NCBI RefSeq assembly: GCF_006345805.1
Contig: NC_043003.1
Coordinates: forward strand, 107,446,001 to 107,510,000
Direction of reading: 5' to 3'
Source of the DNA: Octopus sinensis
Taxonomy: Eukaryota
DNA: 64,000 nucleotides
The translations under genes and the position numbers were made by a program. Positions 38,465 through 51,857 of the stretch are shown here, in pieces (within the stretch, counting starts at the first letter, position 1; each line of letters begins with the position of its first letter). Under the pieces are notes generated by a model. The model was given only the letters and a program-made list of their open reading frames with translations. It was not told the origin of the DNA and did not search any database.

Positions 38465-40436
38465 GATACATGAAGGAGTCATACCCAATGACTGGTGTAG
38501 CAGCATAATAGTCAACTGCTACAAAGGTAAAGGTGATGCCCTAGATACAAATAATTACAGAGGTATCAAGCTGTTGGATCAGGTAATGAAGGTTACGGAG
38601 AGGGTCATAGCCCAACTGATTAGGGAGAGAGTCAGCTTGGATGAGATGCAGTTTGGTTTCATGCCAGGGAAAAGCACCACTGATGCCATATTTCTGGTGA
38701 GACAGCTGCAGGAGAAATACCTAGCTAAAGATAAGCCCCTGTACCTGGCTTTCGTTGACATGGAGAAAGCTTTCGACAGGGTCCCCTGATCCCTTATCTG
38801 GTGGTCAATGAGGAAACTAGGGATAGATGAATGGTTAGTGAGAGCTGTGGAAGCCATGTATAGAGACGCTGTAAGTAAGGTGAGGGTTGGCAACGAGTAC
38901 ACTAAAGAATTCAGGGTAGAAGTAGGGGTCCATCAAGGTTCAGTCCTCAGTCCCCTCCTATTTATCATAGTCCTCCAGGCAATAACGGAGGAATTCAAGA
39001 CAGGATGCCCCTGGGAGCTCCTATATGCTGATGACCTTGCTCTAATTGCTGAGTCACTATCAGAACTGGAGGAGAAGTTTCAGGTGTGGAGACAAGGATT
39101 AGAATCAAAGGTCCTTAAAATCAACCTAGCTAAAACCAAAGTCCTAATATATAGGAAGGCAGGCAAATCACAAACGCCTTCAGGTAGATGGCCCTGCTTG
39201 ATCTGTAGAAAAGGTGTAGGTAGAAACTCTATAAGATGCACCAAGTGTAAGCTATGGACGCATAAGAAGTGCAGCAATGTCAAAGGAAGGCTAACTGGGA
39301 AGATAGTTTTTGTACGTGGCAGATGCTCAGGAGCAATAAACACTGAAAATGCTCAGAGACCAACTTCTGCCACATTCCAGGGAGAAAAACTAGAAATTGT
39401 TGATAGCTTCCGTTACCTAGGTGACCAAGTCAGCAGCGGGGGCGGGTGTGCTGAAAGTGTAACTGCTAGAGTAAGAATAGCCTGGGCAAAGTTCAGAGAG
39501 CTCTTACCTCTGCTGGTGACAAAAGGCCTCTCGCTCGGAATAAAAGGCAGACTGTATGACGCATGTGTACGAACAGCCATGCTACATGGCAGTGAAACTT
39601 GAGCCGTGACTGCTGAGGATATGCATAAGCTTGCAATAAATGAAGCCAGTATGCTCCGATGGATGTGTAATGTCAGTGTTCATACTCGACAGAGTGTAGG
39701 TACCTTGAGAGAAGAGTTGGACCTAAGAAGCATCAGTTGTGGTGTGCAAGAGAGATGTTTGCGCTGGTATGGTCATGTAGTGAGAATGGATGAAGATAGT
39801 TGTGTGAAAAAGTGCCACATTCTAGCGGTTGAGGGAACCTGTGGAAGAGGTAGACCCAGGAAAACCTGGGATGAGGTGGGGAAGCATGACCTTCGAACTT
39901 TAGGTCTCACCAAGGAAATGACCAGAGACTGAGACCTTTGGAAGTATGCTGTGCGTGGGAAGACCCGGCAGGACAAGTGAGACCATAACCTGTGGCCTCT
40001 ACCTGGGACGTAGCCAGCCCACTTATGCATATCTTTCCTTCTTGTGACACAAACCCTACTTGTGAAGACCTGTTGAGGCAAGTGAAAATCAAAATCGAAA
40101 TCGATCAACACCAATGGAAATTGTGGCACATAAGAGAACCATTTGAACGTGGCCGTTGCCAGCACTGCCCTGACTGGCCTCCGTGCCGGTGGCACGTAAG
40201 AAGCACCATCCAATCGTGGCCGTTTGCCAGCCTCGTCTGGCACCTGTGCAGGTGGCACGTAAAAAGCACCCACTACACTCACGGAGTGGTTGGCGTTAGG
40301 AAGGGCATCCAGCTGTAGAAACACTACCAGATCAGACTGGGCCTTGCATGGCCTACTGCCTCCCCAGACCCCAGTTGAACCGTCCAACCCATGCTAGCAT
40401 GTAAAACGGACGTTAAACGATGTTGATGATGATGAT
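38465..40436 (+). mobile_element. RTE-clade LINE, 5'-truncated, RT pseudogene
   Basis: One reading frame with two premature TGA codons (38787, 39600); GVHQGSVLSPLLF, LLYADDL, RGRPRKTW; (GAT)n tail. Confidence 0.92.
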
Positions 40437-40656
40437 GTGTGTATATGTTTGTGTGTCTGTCTGTCACCCCAACATCGCTTGACAACCAATGCTGGTGTGT
40501 TTATGTCCCTGTAACTTAGTGGTTCAGCAAAATAGACAGACACAATAAGTACTAGGCTTACAAAGAATAAGTCCTAAGGTCGATTTGCTCGACTGAAGGT
40601 GGTGCTCCAGCATGGCCACAATCAAATGACTGAAACAAGTAAAAGAGTAAAGAGTA
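40437..40656 (+). mobile_element. CORE-like SINE (family B) 3' half
   Basis: ccccaacatcgcttgacaacc...gactgaaacaagtaaaagagtaaagag. Confidence 0.85.
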
Positions 40657-41780
40657 ATAGTTAAATTTCATGGTCATTCCCATATAATATCCACAAAAAA
40701 ATCTGAACTGATAATTTCTGCTTCTGCAATACTTTTGGGGGTATTTCCTGTAGGTACAGATTTCATATCCACCATTAAAGTATTTGATTCTTGATTTGTA
40801 AAGAGATATTTCATGAAATAGCTGAAAAATTGTTTTCTCTAAAAAGTGCCTCTGCTTCATCCAGGTGGAGCTTTTTTGTATTTTTTTTCTTTCAAAGCCA
40901 TATATGAAATTCGCTTTTCACAACTGGCATTAATAAAATTTTGAGTGGATATATCCACTTTTGATGGCCAAAGGGTTAATGCAGTACGTTGGAAGTGATT
41001 ATGATAGAGTTTAAATTATAACTGTAACGAAGAAAAGTTATTAATGTTAAAGCGCATTTGTTTTTGAAAATGAGAGCAAGGGAGAAAACTCCAAAATTCC
41101 ATTCGCCAATGATATTTAGCATGAGGTGAGTTTGATCTTTTGTGGCTACAGCAAAAACTCTAGCCCTATAACATTCACATTATTTTGTCAAAAGTAACGG
41201 TTATTTATTCACATCGTTTTGAATTAGTCATGCATTACTTTGTAGCTTGGAGATTTTGATGAAGTAACTGTTAATTTTTAGAATGATATTGTAGGGTTGT
41301 TATGAGAGGCCAAACCTGTCCAGTTTGAGCATAAAACAGGTAGAATATTTGGGCTGGATATGGCCGATTTAAATACTAAAATGCTAGACCTGTTTCACCC
41401 CCCTTTCAGCCTACCATTCTGGGAGACTTTGTGAAAAAGAAATTATGAATCAGGTCTCTCAATTGAGAATAATTCTTTAAGTCATAGTTTTTACTTCCTT
41501 TCTTGGAGGCTGCGAAAAAACAACAAAAAAAAAGCTATGGATGTCTTACCCTTTTTTCTCAGACTAAAAAATTTTTAAATTGAATACAAAAGTTGTTCTC
41601 AACTAAAGAATATATACTTATGTCAAGGAGGAATCTAGTTGAAGTACCTCTACATTTCACTTCTTGTATGCATAATATAATTAAGGTTAAAAAAAAAAAA
41701 CTTGTGTGCTTTCAAAAGTTCCTCTAACAGGTATCACCAACCAAATGCTATCAAACAGGGGACACACACACACATACATA

Positions 41781-41976
41781 TGAGGGTAGGGCTGAAAAGT
41801 TCCTGGTTTTAAGGGTATTGCAAAAGTCCTGGTTGGAAGCTGAACCTTCCGAGTTCTTTTACAGGGCTTAGAAAAACTGAAGGACTACTGCAATAAGTAT
41901 GTGAATCTGAGCAGGGAATACCTGATCCTCCTGCATTTTCTTTTACCCAAAGCCAGGAACTTTTCAGCACCCCTCG
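41781..41976. mobile_element. mariner-type MITE
   Basis: TIRs tgagggtagggctgaaaagttcctgg and ccaggaacttttcagcacccctcg; TA on the left, TG on the right. Confidence 0.75.
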
Positions 41977-42881
41977 TGTATATGAAATGAAGGTGCATGA
42001 CCTAGTTGTTAGGGTGTTACTCTCATGATTACAAGATCATTGTTTTAATTTCCAGATGAGTGGTGCAATGTGTTCTTGAACCAAACACTTGATTTCACAT
42101 TGCTCCAGTCTACACAGTCGTTAATGGGTAACTCTTCAATGGACTGGCAGTTGCATTCTGTTCAGGGTGAATATTGGCCTGCCAGCCTAACCAGCAGAGT
42201 GGTGTTATTCAAAGGCTACAACTATGTAAATGTATAACATTCAACAATCTGACCAGGAGTCCATGTCTATTGCTAAGAAAGAAAGGGCCTGATACATCGA
42301 TGGCTTGTTTATTTATTTAGTTCTCTTTATTCCGAGGACCTTAGAAAGGTCACCTTTACAATTGCTACACTATTGACTGTTTATTAGTTATTCAAAACTT
42401 GATTATTTTTCTTAGAAAATAAGAATAGTAAATAGCAAATCACATGTACACTTCCACGTACTTAGTATATTAACATCAGTAATAAAAGCATAAGTAAGAT
42501 CAGATAAAGACAGCTGCATGCACAGCCCTGAACGGGAAGCATCCAAATTTGTGGAACCCACTTTGTGGCGATGTAAGGAGAGGAAAACATCACACATTGG
42601 CAACTTGATTGCAGACACTGGCCTGGAATGTATCCAGGACCTTGAGACAGTGACGTTTGGACTGAAAAGTATAGTGGGTGGACTATTTTTCTGCAGCCCA
42701 GGTTGGAACTTGGCCATAATAATAATAAGATAAGGTTTCCAGACTATTATTAGCCTTATCTATAGAGATGAATGAGATTTTTTTAATACTTACTTAAATA
42801 GTGGTCCCTCGGTTTACACAGTATTCACTTTGCATGGTTTCATTTAGCATTTTTTTCCCTTCTTTTTGTAATACTTTACAT

Positions 42882-43262
42882 AGGAACAGGCTTGGCTATG
42901 TGGTAAGAAGCTTGTTTCCCAACCACATGGTTCCAAGTTCATGGCACCTTGGGTAAGTCTTTTTCCACTACAGCCTCAGGTTGACCAAAGCCTTAAGTGG
43001 TTTTGATAGATGGAAACAGAAAAAAACCCTAACCCTAACCCTAACCCATCGTGTATATGTGCACCTTTGTGTCTGTGTTTGTCCCCTGCTACTGCTTGAT
43101 AACCAGTGTTGATGTGTTTACATCCCAGCAAAAAAACTGATAGAGTAAGAACCTGGTTTAAAAAAATTAAGTACTGGGGTCGATTCATTCAACTAAAAGT
43201 CCTTCAAGGTAGTGCTCCCGCATGGCCAGTCTAATGACCTCAATAAGTACAAGATAAAAGAC
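42882..43262 (+). mobile_element. CORE-like SINE (family B), degenerate, carrying a (TAACCC)3 insertion
   Basis: Colinear with 46518-46930 except for the 18-bp insert at 43030-43047. Confidence 0.7.
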
Positions 43263-44393
43263 AGAATAACCACTTCATTATTTCCATGTTATCTTTCAGT
43301 TTTCCTTTCACTTTGCTTCTTCCATACATATACACGTGTTTCTTATATGTATATGTGTAATGTGCATTTTACAAATGAAAATACATACTTAGATGCTAAT
43401 ATTTTGATTTTCAAATATTCTGTGGCCTCTGTAGCTCCCTATTTTTCAAACTTAGCTTTGTGGCCCCCAAGAAATGATCCATGGCCCGTATGTCTCCTGT
43501 TGAGAAACCCTGCTTTAAACAGCAGCTCATTCTTCCTTCTGTTTTCTTCAGATGTTCAGTTCTATTTCCCTATGCCTAAAATTGTCAGCTCCCAGATGAA
43601 CTAATTTTCACTACTTTCGATAGTCTTCACATTCTACACAATTAACATTGCAAGACTTCAGGTTCTGCTTCAGCAAGTCCTTCAATTTTTTTCTTCTGTT
43701 GTTTTGGAAACCAATAATCACTCATTTAGACACCAACCTGAGTTGGTTTTTGATTATAATTACTTCAAAATTGGTTTTGGCTTCATGCAGGACATTAGTA
43801 TTTGATCAACAGGCCTCTCGGTTGATTTCAAGATCGCTTTGAAGGTAGCACTGATGAAAATGTTCTAAAAGCTATGACAGGCTGTCTATGCTTCAGATCC
43901 AGAGAGAACAGAACAATTTTGTAGACATTTCCATAACATTTCTAAGATCTTGTGTCTTAAGTAATCAAAGGTATGCTCTGGCCCAATATGTCAGTGCTGG
44001 ATCTCCTCATTTATGTCTTCATTAGAAAACAGGTGGGTTTCAAAATATAAAGAAGTGGTTGATATTGTTGAAAACCATTCAGCTCAAGGTTAATGTCTCT
44101 AGGTCAGTATAATATCTATCTTCTCCAATATGCATACAGTCTAAGATGGGTACGTGCATGATCAAACACTTGGAAGCTGGTTTGTAGGATATTTTTATTT
44201 TTTATTTTGTTAGTTGGAAGTACTACTTTCGTCTACATACTGAAAGTCTAGCAGGCAGTTTTGGTTGTTTTATTCTTGGATTTGAGTCTACTGAAGTTGA
44301 AGAGTTTCCCATTGTTTCTATAGAAAATTGCAATTCTAGGTAATAACATGCCCTTGATGCATGATTGTGACTATGAATACAATGAACAGTATA

Positions 44394-44625
44394 TATTTCT
44401 TTACTACCCACAAGGGGCTAAACACAGAGGTGACAAACAAGGACAGACAAACGGATTAAGTCGATTATATCAACTCCAGTGTGTAACTGGTACTTATTTA
44501 ATCGACCCCGAAAGAATGGAAGACAAAGTCGACCTCGGCGGAATTTGAACTCAGACCGTAGCAGCAGACGAAATACGGCTACGTATTTCATCCAGCGTGC
44601 TAATGATTCTGCAAGCTCGCTGCCC
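44394..44625 (-). mobile_element. tRNA-derived SINE (family C)
   Basis: Same body as 18628, plus a tRNA-like head ending gcaagctcgc. Confidence 0.8.
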
Positions 44626-45450
44626 TCAAATACAATGAACAGAATAGGTTCAATGACACATCGCTGCTTTACCATAGAGTTGACTTGGAATGGCTCAGTT
44701 GGTGCATCATTGCAAAAACCTTAGCAAATATGTCATCATGATGACTCAAAATTTTGAAGAATTTCTTTGGACAACCATCTGCTGCATGGAGAAGGCCAAA
44801 ATGGACACTGTTGAATATATTTGACAAGTTTACGAAGGCCAGATTCATTGGCTAATGTTATTCCTAACATTTTCCCCATAGTTGTTGAACTGCAAAGTTG
44901 AAATACACTTTGACATGGAAAGGTGGCCTTTGCAGTTGGTCTGAGTCAGTTACTGACAATCTGTATTAGTACTTTGCACACAATGGATAGCAAGGAGACC
45001 CGCCCTCATCATAATTTTTGTAGTCAGCTTCGTCTTCTTTTATTTGCAGATAGTAACAATCCTTGAGATCAAGAGATATTTCTTCTTGCATCCAATTCTG
45101 GATAATAAATTGATGAGCCTGAGGTCAAATTCTTTTAGAAATAAATGAGTCATATGGCCAATGAGTTTTAACAGTTCTTAAGGTAGGCGAATGTTTTTTG
45201 ATAAGTTTCAGTAATGACTTTCTATGACTCATTCAAAGTGGTAACTAAGTTTGAGAACTGATTGAGTAGTTCTTTTGCAAGACATTTTTTTTAATGTTAG
45301 CTACTTTTCTGAATTTCAAAAGCCAAGGATACTGGCTGAACATCTGTTATTAATACCAAAACATCTTTTGACTCACAGGTCTAATCTTGGGGTCAAATGA
45401 TGGTCATTCCAACAGTTATCTACACCAGTAAGTTTAGCTGGCAGCAATAC

Positions 45451-45862
45451 CTATTTCTTTACTACCCACAAGGGGCTAAACACAGAGAGAACAAACAAGG
45501 ACAAACGGATTAAATTGATTACATCGACCCCAGTGCGTAACTGGTACTTAATTGATCGACCCCAAAAGGATGAATGGCAAAGTCGACCTCGGTGGAATTT
45601 GAACTCAGAACGTAATGGCAGACAAAATACCTATTTCTTTACTACCCACAAGGGGCTAAACATAGAGAGGACAAACAAGGACAGACAAACAGGTGAAGTC
45701 GATTACATCGACCCCAGTGCATAACTGGTACTTATTTAATCGACTCCGAAAGGATGAAAGGCAAAGTCAACCTCGGCGGAATTTGAACTCAGAATGTAAC
45801 AGCCGACGAAATACGGCTACGCATTTCGCCCGGCGTGCTAACGTTTCTGCCAGCTCGCCGTT
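45451..45862 (-). mobile_element. Head-to-tail dimer of family C SINE
   Basis: aatacctatttctttactacccacaaggggctaaac occurs at ~45447 and ~45626. Confidence 0.8.
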
Positions 45863-46517
45863 GGCAGCAATAACTTTCGGTCATGAGGGCTTATACATAC
45901 ATATTCCAGAAAGTGTCAGTTGATATTGCCAACAAGCTTTGAATTTATTCTTCTACTGGAAGAAGGTACTGGTGATGATTAGATTGCCTTCAATCTATTT
46001 GATGAGAATTAGGCTGCCATTTACAATGCATTTTTCAATGCCATTCTTTCTAATGATACCCTTATTACCTCATCCTCCTATCACATTAAAATCTCCAAGA
46101 TTTGCAGAATGTGACAGGGTGTGACAGAATGTGACTGATGAGTAACAGCGGGAAAGAAATGAGGCACACACACTCAGCTGGATACATAATGTCACTTTTT
46201 GTATGAACAATGGAGCACAAATGAGTGGAGTGAAAAATGGGTGTAGTGAGTTTAAAAAATGAGTGACTTGAATGGACATATGATGTATATAGAGAATTAG
46301 GGTAAGCAGAATGATATTCACAATGTTAAGATAAATGAAAACTCCTTGATTGAAATGACAGACTCTCTCTACACAGCAGATACAAAGGGGAATTGTAACT
46401 GATAACTGGTCAAGGGAAATAACTGAAATATATTGTTTTCCAGAGGGGTAACTTGTTTCTGGAATCATTGTTTCTCACACTCATTTGACAAAGATTTTAA
46501 TCTAAAATGTTCAATAT

Positions 46518-46930
46518 AGGCGTAGGAGTGGCTGTGTGGTAAGTAGCTTGCTTACGAACTGCATGGTTCCAGGTTCAGTCCCACTGCGTGGCACCTTGGG
46601 CAAGTGTCTTCTACGATAGCCTCGGGTCGACCAAATCCTTGTGAGTGGATTTGGTAGATGGAAACTGAAAGAAGCCCGTTGTATATATGTGTATATATAT
46701 GTGTGTGTATGTATATGTTTGTGTGTGTCTGTTTGTTCCCCCAACATCGCTTGACAACCAGTGCTGGTTGTCAACCAATCCCTGTAACTTAGTGGTTTGG
46801 CAAAAGCAACAGATAGAATAAGTACTAGGCTTACAAAGAATAAGTCCTGGGGTCGATTTGCTCGGCTAAAGGCGGTGCTCCAGCATGGCCACAGTCGAAT
46901 GACTGAAACAAGTTAAATTATTAAAGAATA
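46518..46930 (+). mobile_element. CORE-like SINE (family B; octopus OR2-like by inference), full length
   Basis: tRNA-like head (tggctgtgtggt; ggttcagtccc); CORE-like caccttggggcaagtgtctt; (TG/TA) spacer; 3' tail. Confidence 0.85.
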
Positions 46931-47469
46931 TCTCTTAAATCATGCACTATTAGAACACTAGTGTTAGACTAAATGTCTTGCATAATCCAGTTATGGACCT
47001 TTACATTCTGAGTTCCAAAATTTGTGTCAATATTTGAGAGGAGGGGAAGAGGTCCATAAAATAAAGTACCAGTTAAGTACAGGACTAAATTTAATCAATG
47101 ACACTCCCCTTCTCAGATATGTGGACATGTCCCAATGTTAGAGATTAGTATTCTTAAAATCATAATAAATTTACACACCCCAACCGAAATGCAGGAATTA
47201 CCTAAAACTGTTTTGCTGAGATCATTATCGTTATTTAGCAGCCATATGGTATGGATTGGACAATTTGACAGGTCAGAGGATGGTGTTGAGCTCCAGTGTC
47301 TGTTTTAGCATGGTTTCTATGGCTGAACTGGATGCCACTTTTAATTCCAACCACTACACAAAGAGTACTGGGTACTCTTTTTATAGGAATGTCATGAAAA
47401 CTCATGACATCAGCACTAGTGAGGTTGCCAAGTACCATACAAAACAAGTTCCTTTCATTGAGATGGAGA

Positions 47470-47975
47470 GAATACCCTCCATCAGGCATTTGCCATATTC
47501 TGAATGCCTTACTTCCTTGGGCATGGATACATTGAAACTCTGACATCTGGCAGCTGACTTGGCAGACACCCATAAAATTATTAACCATCTTACAAACAAT
47601 AACTCTGAGCACCTTTTCAAACTCCATCTGTCTAACACCCGTGAACATGTTTACAAAGTCAGAAAACAGCACAGCTCCTTCCATGACTTTTGGAAACATT
47701 TTTTCATGCTAAGAGTTGCTGAAGCATGGAACAAACTGCCAGCATCAGTTGTTAGTTGTCGGAGCACTGCATCCTTCAAAACTTCCATGTTTCCTGAGAT
47801 TCGCCAACACTACACATGATTTTCTCCCCTCTATACATATGCAAGCATGTATCTGACTCATACATTGTTCACTTTCCAAACATTTGTACATTACTGCATA
47901 TACTTTATACGCACTTTTGACAAGTTGTGGTGCACCTGAACACTGTATATAATAATTTCATTATTATATTATAAT
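47470..47975 (+). mobile_element. CR1-group LINE 3' fragment
   Basis: RIPSIRHLPYSECLTSLGMDTLKL...KHFFMLRVAEAWNKLPASVV...SFKTSM, followed by an AT-rich tail. Confidence 0.8.
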
Positions 47976-48282
47976 ATTGAGGGAGGAGGCTTTATGCCAA
48001 ATGTTGAGAGGCATGAGTATGGTAGGAGGATAGGAACAGTTGTCTTGCTATGGAGGAGACACATGGCTATCCCAGCTGGAAAAAGAGAAAAGATAATGGT
48101 GATACTTTCAAGGTATAATAGGATGAATGTGAAGGGAGTGGAGAAAAGAGGAACAGGTGAGGGAGATGGACAAAGGAGCAGGTAAGTTTGCATGAGTGAG
48201 AGGCAACAGATGATTAAAGGCAAGTGAAGCAATGAAAAAAAAATGATAATGATTACAAATTAAAAGAAAAAGATCAAATTTA

Positions 48283-48578
48283 TTAAAGTTTATATAAGTG
48301 TCTGAGAGAATAAATTAGGGCAGCAAATTTATCATTATTCTTAAAATGAGACCTCCACATGAATTCGGTTAATAAAGACTGAACTGTAACTTTGTCACGA
48401 GTTCCATGTTTTTGTCGCAATTTTCTCTTGACTTCTAACCACATCTTGTCAATGTTTCTGGTGTGGATTTCAGAATCATTTGGATCTTCATAATCTATAT
48501 ATTCATGAGTATATATCCCTTGCTGGATCTGGTCGATTTGGAGATATTCAGCCCATACATCAGACACAATATGGGTAC
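48283..48578 (-). CDS. Merlin/IS1595-family transposase-derived gene, exon 2
   Basis: ttttcattgcAG acceptor; (G)THIVSDVWAEY...HTRNIDKMWLEVKRKL...LLTEFMWR...HLYKL-stop; phase 1 matches exon 1. Confidence 0.88.
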
Positions 48579-51384
48579 CTGCAATGAAAATAAGAATTTT
48601 TAAACAGTCATTAAACCTCAGATATACAGAAGTGCTGTATAATGTTGTGCTGTTCATGCACTTTCTGGGGAACACCATAAACACAAGCACTACTGGGAAT
48701 TAAAACTGAATTATAGATGCAGTTCACACAATGAAAATAATATTAGCAGTCTTAGAAACAGTGGCCTTCTTTACCAGCAAAGCATAACTATTGGTACAGG
48801 GTCAGTTGAGTGATTAAAAAGTAGGTTTAGTAATAACATGGTTTCAGGTTTGAGCTCACAGTAACGTACCTTAGGCAAGTGTACCTTCTATCATATCTCC
48901 AATCAGCGACAGAATTGTGAGGGAAATTTGGCAAGATGGAGACGAGTGTGTAAAGTTGTTGAAAGGACTGCTCCTATTGTTGGGCAGGAAGACTTAATCT
49001 GTCGCTTTTGGGTATCTTTAGCGGAGTCAACTATGTTGCCATGGATTCATTTTCCTCCATATCCCACCCGAGAATACTTTAATTCTTTACACTTCATTAT
49101 GTTTATTTGCTTATTCTCTGTCACACAGAAAAAGAAAATACCACTGTCCAAAATATTCAAATTTTGTTTTCAGTGTTTATCTTAGAGCTAAAGAAGTGTT
49201 CTGTTTGTTATATGGTATTCTTACTTCCAAACAGAACAGGATTGGAGTTATATTATTTTTCTGAGGGACTGTTCATTTTAAACATGAGATCTTGTGAATA
49301 AACCAAAATGGGTACAAAAAAATATTGGTTTGCTGTTGGACTTAACAATCAGAAGAATTGTTGAGAGTCAGGGCTAAAAATCCCCAAGTAGTCTTACTAT
49401 TTGTGAATTCCTCAAAAACTCTAACTGAGGCAAAAGAGAGCAATTTTTTTCCAAAGTAGTAGCAACAGTAATGATTCTTTACATGAGATGAGCTAAAATA
49501 CCATCAAGCTAATTGAGACAGTTATTTCTTTAGAATCAATGCAGGAATCTTGGAAGGTGATATGCTTGTACCATTACCATTTACCATCTGTCTAAAATAA
49601 GCCCTTCACACTTCAACTGACAAAACAAAGGAGCCAAGGAACCCAGACTCTGTAACAAAGTCCATGTCACTTGCCACAGCAATAATAAGTCTAAGATTAT
49701 GCTGATGATATTGAGCTTCTCTGCAGATGACATCTCAGAAGTGAATGTTAAAATGAGGATGACAGTCCTGAATCTTTTTTCCGTCCAGTGTATCACAAAT
49801 GACACACAGGACATAATTCCCTGCATTTAAGTTTCATTTATGCTAAACATTCTTAAATTTTCTCAACCACCATAGTAAATTGGTACTTAAGAAGGAAGAG
49901 CTTTATATGACTCAGAATGTACAAAACAAGGGCAAACAAAAAGTCTGAAAACAAGCATGGACGTTTAGGACAAACTTATGAAAATGTTTAGGACAGGCAA
50001 AGAGTTAACATTATAAGGAATTTCTGTAGAATTTCTCAGAAGGCCAAGTTGATAATTTGTACACAGATCATGATGGCAATTTCATTGATTTTCTTTATTT
50101 CAAAACATTGTATCCTACATTATCATAGTCCACATAACTGTCAGAAATAATTGTGAAATTTTCTGGGAAAATATCATTAAAAATGCTAAATCACCCTAAA
50201 GATTTACACTTAAGGAGGTGGGAAGACACTCTCTGAAATTTATCTTTTTAACACAATTTTATGGGACTATAAGAAATATGTATATGTTTTAAGCATTACA
50301 GATTACAATTCTGAAGAAAAAAAATTAATAAATAAATAGGAATAAGAGGAGGTGGCATGATCTTCCTTCTTTTTCTTTAATTTTTCAATTTAGACATTTT
50401 CCAAATTTTTTGGCAGATTTATGTTATACATATTTTTCAAATAACCAATCACAGATGTTTAACCATAAAATTGAACAAATTTTCAAAAAAAGTCAAAAAT
50501 GAGAAGTTATAGAAAGAAAGGAGGTAACTTCCATTTGCCTCCACTACCATCTTTTTCTCTTTTTGTGTGTGCAGGATTATAATACTATGCAATAACATAC
50601 ACATCCAAAGAAATTACAGTTTTTTGTTATACTAGATAATCTGCAATGCTATTCTTTTAGAAATGTCCTTAATCTCTTAAGATAAGACTGAAGATTATCA
50701 GAGTCATTGGAATGCCAGATAGAAGAATGTCTTGTGGAATTTGTTCTGGTTCTCTTCACTCCAAGTTAGTTCAAATCCTGCTAAAGATCGGTTTTGTTTC
50801 TCATTCTTCTGGGTTGATAATTAAAGTAGCTGTTAAGTACAAGGTTGATTTCCTCTCTCTTTCTGAATTGGCAATGTTACACTGTGATAAGAAAGGTCAC
50901 AGGGAATCACTCACACTGTTTCTTCTTCAGGAATTGTACAATGACTAGCAACCCCTTCTCAAAGAAAAAAATGACATGTTATTGGAAGCATAAGAGCAAT
51001 CCACTGTTCACCTAATTAAGTCACGAATAACACCAATGAAATGATGACCATTCCAAAATACCGCCCCCCAAGAGGATTGACTGCTATTTCTTGTGGATTG
51101 AACGAACTCGTTTTTCGAATATGGTCGATGAGGGTTAACGAGTTCTCGTTAAACATTTAATATAACTATGAGATAAAAGTAATCATGTAGTTATAACTTT
51201 AGGCGGTGATGGTGAATGGAAAGAAGAAATTGTCAAATACTTGTTCTATACTGGATATATATAGGACAAGTGGCAATGTGTGAGAAGAAACGACTTTCCC
51301 CCCGACTTATTAGGCGCAGTCATGGATATGTGATTAAGAATTTCACAACCAATATTTTTTCTTTCTTTTTCTTTATAAGTGTTC

Positions 51385-51481
51385 AGTGTCACCAAGCGGA
51401 GCCGTGGGCAAGGATCTTCTACCGCAGCTCCGGGTTAACTAATGACTTGTGAGTAAACTTGGTTGAAACTGGAAAGCTCGT

Positions 51482-51543
<62 letters not shown>

Positions 51544-51745
51544 TGCGTGAGGGTGTGCGCTGGTCTCTGTATTTGCCACCCACCGCATTACAACCGGTGT
51601 TGGTTTGTTTACGTCCCAGTAGCATAGCGGTCCGGCTAAAGAGACTGATAAAATAAGTACCGGACTTGAAAATAAGAGCTAGAGTCGATTTCATCGACTA
51701 AACCCTTCCATATGACTGCAGTCCAATGACTAAAACAAGAATTAT
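51385..51745 (+). mobile_element. Degenerate family B SINE inside the intron of the Merlin-derived gene
   Basis: acttgtgagtaaacttggttgaaactggaaagc...(TA)n...gtccaatgactaaaacaag. Confidence 0.6.
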
Positions 51746-51857
51746 TTTTACACGAATGCATGATATGCAGATGGAAAAAAAAAACCCATCTGAATAAAAA
51801 TAATTTTTACATGATATGACTACTATTACTTCAGGTATGTATAGAAATTAACCATAC

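Larger units (their letters stand above)
43400..46460 (-). mobile_element. Old RTE (BovB-like) LINE relic interrupted by SINEs
   Basis: Minus-strand decayed motifs: LGDFN (endonuclease, ~46080), RT-like LLSIVCKVL (~44980), and a C-terminal region with GSEA and HFHQCYLQ-ILKI-like text (~43830-43900). Confidence 0.55.
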
